Part shown: one piece after another, positions 7,948 through 15,031 of the stretch
Numbering within the stretch: the first letter of the stretch is position 1
Layout: every line of letters starts with the position of its first letter
IMG/VR virus record: IMGVR_UViG_3300038379_000303
Span: 1-36,357 of that record
Source: a virus
Taxonomy: Duplodnaviria; Caudoviricetes
Length of the DNA: 36,357 nt
Reading direction: 5' to 3' (one strand)
Made by a program: the position numbers and the translations under genes
The notes under the pieces: generated by a model
Told to the model about the DNA's origin: nothing
Databases searched by the model: none
What the model saw: only the letters and a program-made list of their open reading frames with translations

Positions 7948-8844
7948 TCAGGCAGCGATGGGTTCGGGTGTGGTCGTGGCGGTGTGGAGGATGTAGTTGA
8001 CGGCGTTCTGGGCGGCGCCAGCGGATTTGTAGAGGAAGCCGGTGGTTTCGCGTGCGGCTTGGAGCCAGCCTGCGAGGTAGTTGGCGGCGTCGACGGATGG
8101 TGTTGGGGTGACGCCGGTGTGGTGGCAGAGCCATGCCGAGGAGAGTTCTGCGACTAGTTCCTCTTTGGCGTAGTCTGTGGAGCCGTAACTGCGGTTTCTG
8201 TTGGGGTCACGGTTGAGCCGGTTCGGGTGGCCTGTCCAGTGTGCTACTTCATGGAATGTGGTGGAGTAGTAGCCGTCGGGTGTGGAGAACCAGGTCCTGG
8301 GTGGAAGGTGGATTGTGTCGAGTGTCGGGGCGTAGTATGCGGCCTCGGCTTGTTCGATTTTGAGAGGTAGTGCTGCGAGCAGTCGTTCGGGAGTGTCTTC
8401 CCAGATGGGTGGGTTCGGTGGGGTGATGATGGTTGGGGGGTTGGTGACTTGTGCGATGTTGAATACGTGGTAGGCGCGTGGTGCGTGGCGGCGGAACGCC
8501 GCGTCGCAGGTGGGGTCGTGGCATGGGTTGTGGTCGGGACAGGTTGTGGTGGTGCCCCAGAACAGGACGGTTGTGGCTTTGGAGCCTTGTCGTATGGAAC
8601 AGTTGATTTTGTTCCATGCCATGAGGGTTCCCCAGCGTGGCGGCCAGCCGTGTAGGCTGGCCGTCATCGCGAGGTTGAATTGGTTGACGCCGTGGTATGA
8701 GCGTCCGTCGATGTTTGTTTGGTGTAGACCGGCGAACATGGTGGTCCACGGCTGGGTCCAGTCGCCGGTTGCGATGCCTTGTTCGATTAGTTCGATGAAC
8801 CGGTTGGTGATTTGGTCCATCGCGTGTTGCACGCGGTTCGTCAT
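7948..8844 (-). CDS. ardC: ArdC-family antirestriction protein (ssDNA-binding N domain plus zincin-like MPTase)
   Basis: ITNRFIELIEQG...WTQPW, GRSYHGVN, VFNIAQV, AYYAPTLDTIHLP, YYSTTFHEVAHWTGHPNRLNR, YAKEELVAEL and ANYLAGW. ATG at 8844 with GGAGG. Confidence 0.93.
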   Translation of the reverse strand: MTNRVQHAMDQITNRFIELIEQGIATGDWTQPWTTMFAGLHQTNIDGRSYHGVNQFNLAMTASLHGWPPRWGTLMAWNKINCSIRQGSKATTVLFWGTTTTCPDHNPCHDPTCDAAFRRHAPRAYHVFNIAQVTNPPTIITPPNPPIWEDTPERLLAALPLKIEQAEAAYYAPTLDTIHLPPRTWFSTPDGYYSTTFHEVAHWTGHPNRLNRDPNRNRSYGSTDYAKEELVAELSSAWLCHHTGVTPTPSVDAANYLAGWLQAARETTGFLYKSAGAAQNAVNYILHTATTTPEPIAA

Positions 8845-9272
8845 TTGGTTGCCTCCGAGATGTGGACGGCGTACATGATCGGGTTGGTCCCGATTGGTTG
8901 TGCCGTTAGTTCTTGGTAGGTGGGATCGAAGATGATCTGGATGCCGTCGCGGGTCTGGGTGACCACGCTCCACGAGTCGGAGAGCCAGAGGGACTCGGCG
9001 GGTACGGGGAGTATGGTCTCGGTCTGGGTGTTGAAGACGTAGAGGATGAACGGCAGGGATGTCTTGGACAGTGCGTTGGGTAGGGTGTCGTAGTCGCCTG
9101 TTATTGAGAACAGGGGTTCGGTGGGGGCCAGCGGGAAGCTGGCCCTGCAGTGTGGGCATTGTACCTGCGGGTTGGACAGGAGTGTGTCTTCGTCGCGGTC
9201 GACTATTGTCGCGTGCTGGAGTGGCGGGTAGATGGATCCCGCCGTGTGGCGGTGTTCGTGGGTTGTGGTCAT
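8841..9272 (-). CDS. Hypothetical protein (143 aa, CPHC motif)
   Basis: GAGGAG upstream; TGA overlaps the ardC ATG. Confidence 0.65.
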   Translation of the reverse strand: MTTTHEHRHTAGSIYPPLQHATIVDRDEDTLLSNPQVQCPHCRASFPLAPTEPLFSITGDYDTLPNALSKTSLPFILYVFNTQTETILPVPAESLWLSDSWSVVTQTRDGIQIIFDPTYQELTAQPIGTNPIMYAVHISEATK

Positions 9273-9273
9273 G

Positions 9274-9543
9274 TTATTTGCGCTCCTCTATAACTTGTAG
9301 TGTGTAGCCGTCGGTCGGCCCCTGGTCCAAGATGATCTTGGTGGTTGGGCCGGTGTCGATCACGAAGCCGGGTAGGCCGGCTTCTCTGGGGTAGATGATG
9401 CGGAACCCCTGTGAAACGACGCGTTCGACGTTGGGTATGACCCAGAGGCTGCGGCCTGTGGGGTTGTGCGGCATGAAGATTGCAACTGGTGCTTTGCCGG
9501 TGTACCAGTCAGGGCTGAACCGGCGGTCGATGGTCGGGAACAA
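9274..9543 (-). CDS. Hypothetical protein (89 aa, beta-rich)
   Basis: TTG start with GGAGGT; tight packing with neighbours. Confidence 0.65.
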   Translation of the reverse strand: MFPTIDRRFSPDWYTGKAPVAIFMPHNPTGRSLWVIPNVERVVSQGFRIIYPREAGLPGFVIDTGPTTKIILDQGPTDGYTLQVIEERK

Positions 9544-9546
9544 TTG

Positions 9547-9765
9547 TTACCTCCATTGGTCGTCGCGGCGCTGGTCATAGGCCGCGTCTGGGTCTGGTTC
9601 GCGTCGGATCGGGAAGGGCGTGAAGTCTTCCCATTCGAAGTCGCATCCTAGACACGTGTAGAGTGCGACTGGTTCGCCACGATTCCCGTCTGCGTCGTCG
9701 CCGTACATGTAGATGTCGGCGACTATTCGTGTCGAGTCGCAGAGCGGGCAGTGTTCCATGGTCAT
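9547..9765 (-). CDS. Small acidic zinc-ribbon protein
   Basis: MTMEHCPLCDS...YTCLGCDFEW; ATG at 9765 with GGAGG. Confidence 0.7.
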   Translation of the reverse strand: MTMEHCPLCDSTRIVADIYMYGDDADGNRGEPVALYTCLGCDFEWEDFTPFPIRREPDPDAAYDQRRDDQWR

Positions 9766-9842
9766 GGTTGCCTCCAATTCGCGTAGTAGTCCCAGATGAC
9801 CACTACGCAGATGATCGTGAGCATGATGATGAGGAATTGCAT
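9762..9842 (-). CDS. 26-aa single-pass membrane microprotein
   Basis: MQFLIIMLTIICVVVIWDYYANWRQP; AAGGGAG upstream; TGA overlaps the next ATG. Confidence 0.6.
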   Translation of the reverse strand: MQFLIIMLTIICVVVIWDYYANWRQP

Positions 9843-9979
9843 TGACGCTCCCTTCGTGTGTTGGTCGGGTGTTGCTGTGAGCGCCTCATGCGCGGGTGGC
9901 GGCGGTGGCCTGTAGCTTGTGCCTATCGCGATGGCGTACCGCACTGTGTCGGGGTAAGGTTTCCTTTCGGATGACCCCG

Positions 9980-10028
9980 AACGAACGAAGTTAGCGCGGG
10001 AGTAGGCGCTGGTACCTACTCCCGCGCT
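9980..10028 (-). terminator. Hairpin terminator after the 10036-10620 gene
   Basis: Perfect 14-bp stem 9993-10006/10015-10028 starting 8 nt after the stop; weak pyrimidine tail AACTTCGTTCGTT. Confidence 0.6.
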
Positions 10029-10035
10029 GTGGCGC

Positions 10036-10620
10036 CTACTCGTCGTCGGCCTCTGCGGCGGCGTCTTCGGCGGCGAGGATGCTCTCTGGCGTATCCTCGG
10101 TCGCCAGTGCCGCCGCGAGCTCGGGAGGCGAGAACTGGATGCCGTCGGGGTACAGCACCCAGTTCCCGTCCTCGTCGCGGATCGCGTCGGGCGGCCCGAA
10201 CTGGGGCGCGGAGCCCCAGCGATCGGCGGGTTCGTCCCAGAGGAGGACCCGCCGCGTGGCGGCCCACACGGCGGTCATTCCTGCTGGCAGCTCTTCGAGC
10301 CGCCGCTTCACGAGGAACTCCACCTTGCCGATTCGAATCGGCCCCCAGGGTGGAGTTTCATCGGCGGGGAGCGCTTCCTGGAAGAACTCCCTGCCGCCGC
10401 TGCGCCGGTAGTTCATCGGCCGGCCGTTGATGGCCGGCCACCAGCCCTCGATGAACAGGGGGCGCCAGTCGCCGCCCTCCATCCGCTCGATGGCGGCCCG
10501 GAGCAGCCGCTCGCATCCCGAGGCCTGCGCCTCGGTAAGCTTCGGCAGCCGCTCACGCAGCTGCCTACTGGTGGCGTTCATCGGCACGAATGCCGACGAA
10601 ATCTTTACTGTAGTTGGCAT
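10036..10620 (-). CDS. Hypothetical protein (194 aa, acidic C-terminus); first gene of the leftward early block
   Basis: ATG at 10620 with AAGGAG; visibly more GC-rich than its neighbours and not G-skewed. Confidence 0.7.
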   Translation of the reverse strand: MPTTVKISSAFVPMNATSRQLRERLPKLTEAQASGCERLLRAAIERMEGGDWRPLFIEGWWPAINGRPMNYRRSGGREFFQEALPADETPPWGPIRIGKVEFLVKRRLEELPAGMTAVWAATRRVLLWDEPADRWGSAPQFGPPDAIRDEDGNWVLYPDGIQFSPPELAAALATEDTPESILAAEDAAAEADDE

Positions 10621-10673
10621 TACCAACTCCTTTCTTGTAACAAGTTCGAACTCTCCGATTCGGCTCGAACCAT

Positions 10674-10761
10674 ACCCCCTACGCCACCACACTTGGGAAG
10701 GGGGTTTACTCCGAAGGACGCCGAAGGCGCCCCTTCCCTAGTGTGGTAGCGTGAAGGGGGT
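10674..10761. repeat. Y-shaped inverted repeat: 28-bp interrupted stem topped by two GAA-triloop mini-hairpins
   Basis: 10674-10703 pairs with 10730-10761 (7+4+8+9 bp). Ears are TCC-GAA-GGA (10710-10718) and CGCC-GAA-GGCG (10719-10729). Confidence 0.85.
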
Positions 10762-10833
10762 TACCAGCTCCGCTACACCCTCATCCCTTATCTCATCGGC
10801 CCCTCCCCCGCGTACCCCCACCCAACGGGAATC

Positions 10834-11050
10834 GTCCCCATGGTGGGTTCAACGGCGAGGGGAAAGCGTGCGTCGGTGTCGGCAGGGGTATAGGGTGAAG
10901 GGGGAGCGGCGAGCGAGCGCCCCCCTCCGGGGGGGTGGTGAGGTGGTGGGGCTGAGAGGTGGGTAGCGGTGCGGGCTGGCGCTGGCGCGAAGGGGGGGTG
11001 CCCCCTAGGGGCCTGATGAGCGGTGATCAAGGGGCGGTCCCCATGGTGGG
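10834..11050 (+). repeat. 14-bp direct repeat GTCCCCATGGTGGG flanking a G-run-rich spacer
   Basis: Exact copies at 10834-10847 and 11037-11050. Confidence 0.8.
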
Positions 11051-11110
11051 GTGGGGAAGGGAAGCTCTGAGCGGTGGGTAGTAGTAAAAAAGGGAAAGGA
11101 GGTAGGTGCA

Positions 11111-12700
11111 ATGGTAGGAGAGGGAAAGGAAGGAGGGGAGATATGGGAGAGGTTAGCGAGGGCGCGGTATTACTTTGGGGAGTACGTGCGGGTGGTACAT
11201 GGGTGGGAGGTGAGGGCGCATCAGGAGCCGTGGGTAGTGAGGTTGCAGGCGTTGAAGTGGGGGTTATTGAGGAATCCGTTGACGAGTGAGGGGTGTGAGG
11301 TATGTTGGGGGTTCATAGGGTGTAGTGTGGGGCACAGGACGACGAAGTTATTGATACTGGCGCCGCCGGGGAGTGGGAAGACGGACACGATGATCGAGTA
11401 TGTGGCGCACGTGATAGGGGAGGCGGTGATGAGGGGGAGGGTGCCGCAGGTGGGGTATGTGAGTTTCAGTGATGATGTAGCGGAGATACGGAGCTTAGCG
11501 ATACGGGACACGGTGGCGTCGAACGAGGTATACCGGATGTTGTATGAGGGGGTGGTGCCTGACAAGGGGAAGTTATGGGGGAAGAAGGAATGGTTTGTGA
11601 GGCGAGGTGATCCTGGGAAGAAAGACCCGACGATGAGGGCGGCGGGGATAGCGGGGGGGATACTGTCGTACCGGTTTTCGACGATGTTGGTGATAGATGA
11701 CCCTCATGACAACAAGTCGGTAGCGACGGTGGGGCAGAAGGATGAGGTATGGCGGATATGGAGGAACACGATACGGACGCGGGTAAGTGCGACGACGCCG
11801 ATCGTGATGATTTGTACGAGGTGGGCGGAGGATGATTTAGCGGGGCGGGTGATGGAGGTAGAGGGGGACTGGCACGTATGGCGGACGCCAGCGCTGAATG
11901 AGGAGGAAGAGACGTACTGGCCGTTGGAGATGCATGAGGGGGAGGTAAAGGGGATAAGCACGGAGACGTTGCGTCAGTTGAGGCGGGAGGACAGGGCGTC
12001 ATTTTTGGGGCAGTACATGTGTTTACCGCCGTCGGCGGAGGGTGAGATATTCCGGTGGTTTCCGGAGCGTGGGGCGGAGCCGAGGCCGGACGAAGTGCTG
12101 GGTGTGTATCAGTGTTGGGATACGGCGCAGACGGAGAAGGCGAAGAAGGCGGGGTCGTACTCGTCGATGGTGGAGATTGTGAAGCTGCGGACGGGCGGGC
12201 ACATAGCGTACGCGTATCGGGGGCGGTTATCGCCTGTGGACTTGTATGAGAAGATGCTGGAGTTGTGGATGGGGCGTGGTGAGGGTAACGAGACGGGAGA
12301 GGGGAGGTGGGGGAAGACGCCACTGGTGTTGGTGGAGAACCAATCGAGTGGTCCGGCGCTGGTATCGATGTTACAGAGGCAGTCGGCGATGAGCGGGTAT
12401 GTGAAGGCGGTAGACATACCGAGCATGAAGAAGCTGGGGCTGTCGTTGCGACCGTCGTTGAGGGGTTCGGCCGATCTTGTGAACAGGGCGGCGGCGGCGG
12501 TGCATTTGTTTGAGACGGGTTACGTGACGTTCCCGTCGGGGTGGTCTGCGTGGAAGGAGACGTTGAAGGGTGAGATGGCGGCGTTTCCGAACGGGCAGTA
12601 TCGGGACCAGGTGGCGGCGTTGTTGATAGGGCTTGAGTACATATGGCCGAAGGTGCGGGTGGGGAGGCCGAATCCGGGCTTCCGTCTTGTTCGGGTATAA
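11111..12700 (+). CDS. terL: Terminase large subunit
   Basis: Walker A LAPPGSGKT, AAGIAGGI, Walker B LVIDDP, ICTRWAEDDLAG, and nuclease motifs QCWDTA, VENQSSG and FPNGQYRDQV. ATG at 11111 with AAGGAGG. Confidence 0.95.
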   Translation: MVGEGKEGGEIWERLARARYYFGEYVRVVHGWEVRAHQEPWVVRLQALKWGLLRNPLTSEGCEVCWGFIGCSVGHRTTKLLILAPPGSGKTDTMIEYVAHVIGEAVMRGRVPQVGYVSFSDDVAEIRSLAIRDTVASNEVYRMLYEGVVPDKGKLWGKKEWFVRRGDPGKKDPTMRAAGIAGGILSYRFSTMLVIDDPHDNKSVATVGQKDEVWRIWRNTIRTRVSATTPIVMICTRWAEDDLAGRVMEVEGDWHVWRTPALNEEEETYWPLEMHEGEVKGISTETLRQLRREDRASFLGQYMCLPPSAEGEIFRWFPERGAEPRPDEVLGVYQCWDTAQTEKAKKAGSYSSMVEIVKLRTGGHIAYAYRGRLSPVDLYEKMLELWMGRGEGNETGEGRWGKTPLVLVENQSSGPALVSMLQRQSAMSGYVKAVDIPSMKKLGLSLRPSLRGSADLVNRAAAAVHLFETGYVTFPSGWSAWKETLKGEMAAFPNGQYRDQVAALLIGLEYIWPKVRVGRPNPGFRLVRV

Positions 12701-12701
12701 T
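12696..12701 (+). promoter_or_regulatory. -10 box TATAAT overlapping the terL stop, 9 nt before the portal ATG
   Basis: Perfect TATAAT; no Shine-Dalgarno before ATG 12711. Confidence 0.5.
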
Positions 12702-12710
12702 GCTGGCCAA

Positions 12711-14735
12711 ATGAATACACATGGACGGCCTGATCCAGAGGCGATCACGAAGCTGGGTAACCACTGGCGCCACGAGAAGTGGCGGAAGCAGCGGGACGTG
12801 GACGATGCGCTGACGCGATACATGATGCTGGACAACTTTGTTGACACGTATCGTGATGCGAGCGAAGCGGACGGGCGACCTGTGAAGGGGTTCCGGTCTG
12901 GGATAGCGGGGATGCTGGTGAGGGAGGACGCGGCGCTGCTAACGGTGACGCCTGGTTTGCACTACAACGTACCTGATCCTGAGGACAAGGCGCTGAAGGA
13001 ACATGCGAACAGTCTGTTGGAGCCGTGGACAGTGGGTGCGTTGAGGCGGTCGCAGCAGATGGGAGCTGTGATGCCGAGGATGGCGCTTGACTTGCGTGGG
13101 CTGGGGCGGGCATGGGACTGTGTATTGCCCCATCCTCACCTGTGGGCGACGCCGGAGTACCGAGCGATGCTGGGACGGGCGGCGAAGGAGACTGATCCAT
13201 CACGGCGGAAGCTTCTGGTGCGGGAGTGCGATGCGATGAAGGTGCAGAAGTTTCCAATACATTGGACCTACATTCCCCCTCGTCACACCTACACGACGTT
13301 TGAGACGGCTGAATGGCTGCCTGAGGTCATAGAGGTGAGGAACATGACCGTGGCGGACATCCGGAATCTGTGGGGAGATAGCGCTTTACCCGGGCCTGAG
13401 CGCGATGCGGCTGACCGCCACAAGCTGGACGTATTCGTATGGGCGAACCATTGCTGGCATGCGGTGGTGATCCCGCACAGGGAAGACCCGAAGCTGGTAG
13501 CAGAGTTTGAGCACAACTTCGGTGAGAACTGCTACGGTCTCATGGAGGCTGATCTCGCGGTAGACAACGACATTGGGTTGCGCTGGATGGGTGCGCTATT
13601 TCATGCGCGGTACATGCTGGACACATTCGACGAGTTGATGAGCGATTTGAGGGAGAGCCATCGGCAGTCTGCACGCAATGAGCGTGGTATCTGGATTAAC
13701 CGAGAGTCGTTCCCGCCTGATCACGTCACAGAGGACGGTAGACCAACGGACCTGCCCATTCGGGATGGAATGGGCTTCTGGATGGGTGAAGAGGACGTAA
13801 GGCTGATTCCGACGGGGTCGATCACGAACGAGTCGATTCAGCTACTTCAAGAGGTGAAGCAGCTGATTGAGCGAAACATGTACCGTCCGGTAGAACGGGG
13901 TGAGACGAAGGCTGGGCAGAGCGCCAATCTTTTCACCACAGCTGTGCAGATCGCAGAGCGAGAGTTTGACCCGAGCATGAAGGCAATCACCGCTCACACG
14001 GAGTGTGTTGTGCGGCGTCACCTGGCTTCGGTTGAGTTGATGGGTGAACCCGTACCGTTGTTCGCGAAGATGAAAACGAAGGCGGCGATGATAGCTGTGG
14101 GGCCTGAGGACGTGGTGGGCTGGAAGTATGCGGTACAGGCGCGAGCGTCACGGGCGATCGACATCGACCGGAACATCATTGCTGCGACGGCTGAGCGGTT
14201 GATCAGTCTCGGTCTGTCGTCAGAGACGGTGTGGGAACAGGAGTTCGGTATGGAACATCCTGCGATGGAGGAACGGCGGGCGGAGGAAGAGAGGATGCGG
14301 CGGAAGCTCGAGGTGGAGCTTGTGCAGCCTGCTGTCATGACGCGGCTGCAGGGGCTTGGGAGCGAGATCACGCCGGAGCAGAGCGAACAGATATTGAAGT
14401 TGTTGGAGGATGCTTCGCCCAGCCTGAAGGAAGCGTTCATGCAGCTGTCGCAGCAGACGGCGCCGCCAGACGGCGGTATGGCCATGCCACCGGAGGGTGG
14501 CATGCCGCCAGAGGGTGGCATGCCACCGGAAGCGATGGGGATGCCGCCACCACCACAGGGTGACGGGATCCCGCCAACGGGGATGGGGCCAGGTCCTACA
14601 CCGATGCCGATACCGGAAGGTGGGCCGATGCCTGGTCAACCACTACCACCCGATCTTGCGCAGTTGGTGAACAACATGCAGCGGCAGAACGTGACTAAGG
14701 CTCCGCAGATGCCGACGCGACAGGTACTACAGTGA
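12711..14735 (+). CDS. Portal (head-tail connector) protein with a Pro/Gly/Met-rich tail
   Basis: 674 aa, immediately after terL; EHNFGE..Y, RGE...GQSA and a low-complexity C-terminus typical of podovirus portals. The call is largely positional. Confidence 0.75.
   Translation: MNTHGRPDPEAITKLGNHWRHEKWRKQRDVDDALTRYMMLDNFVDTYRDASEADGRPVKGFRSGIAGMLVREDAALLTVTPGLHYNVPDPEDKALKEHANSLLEPWTVGALRRSQQMGAVMPRMALDLRGLGRAWDCVLPHPHLWATPEYRAMLGRAAKETDPSRRKLLVRECDAMKVQKFPIHWTYIPPRHTYTTFETAEWLPEVIEVRNMTVADIRNLWGDSALPGPERDAADRHKLDVFVWANHCWHAVVIPHREDPKLVAEFEHNFGENCYGLMEADLAVDNDIGLRWMGALFHARYMLDTFDELMSDLRESHRQSARNERGIWINRESFPPDHVTEDGRPTDLPIRDGMGFWMGEEDVRLIPTGSITNESIQLLQEVKQLIERNMYRPVERGETKAGQSANLFTTAVQIAEREFDPSMKAITAHTECVVRRHLASVELMGEPVPLFAKMKTKAAMIAVGPEDVVGWKYAVQARASRAIDIDRNIIAATAERLISLGLSSETVWEQEFGMEHPAMEERRAEEERMRRKLEVELVQPAVMTRLQGLGSEITPEQSEQILKLLEDASPSLKEAFMQLSQQTAPPDGGMAMPPEGGMPPEGGMPPEAMGMPPPPQGDGIPPTGMGPGPTPMPIPEGGPMPGQPLPPDLAQLVNNMQRQNVTKAPQMPTRQVLQ
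14483..14532 (+). repeat. 18-bp coding tandem repeat (MPPEGG, about 2.7 copies)
   Basis: CATGCCACCGGAGGGTGG CATGCCGCCAGAGGGTGG CATGCCACCGGAAG. Confidence 0.85.
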
Positions 14736-15031
14736 AGAAGCTTGACCCCGTCGCGGAGATCGAAGAATTCATCGATGGACAGTACAAGGTGGCACGGGAC
14801 CTTCTGGCCGACATTACGAAGGCGATCGCTCCGCGTGGGCTTGGTGAGCTACCCGTGAGTGAAGAGGAGCATCAGTTTGATCTTGAGAATGCCACGGTGG
14901 ACTACTGGATTCGGATGATTGGGCGCGAGGCGCAGGCTGCGCCCTTGTATGGTGAGAATCTCGGTGATGCTTTGTTGAACGTGCTGACGTTCGACAGGGA
15001 GATGAGGGAGCGCAATGGTTCAGGAATCTGA
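14732..15031 (+). CDS. Hypothetical protein (99 aa)
   Basis: GTGA overlap with the portal stop. Confidence 0.7.
   Translation: MKKLDPVAEIEEFIDGQYKVARDLLADITKAIAPRGLGELPVSEEEHQFDLENATVDYWIRMIGREAQAAPLYGENLGDALLNVLTFDREMRERNGSGI

Noticed and set aside
6438-8134. Long Arg/Pro/His-rich minus ORFs (345 aa and the N-terminal part of the 273-aa call)
   Set aside because: They arise from the C-rich minus strand having few stops and overlap better-supported genes and a terminator.
10986-11022. Hammerhead-ribozyme look-alike (CGC-GAA...stem...TA...CTGATGA-GCG)
   Set aside because: It has GAAG instead of GAAA, and only 5 nt lie between the putative cleavage site and CUGAUGA, so stem I cannot form.
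11466-12773. 435-aa Pro/Ser/Thr-rich ORF antisense to terL
   Set aside because: It is a by-product of the G skew, with no RBS or motifs.
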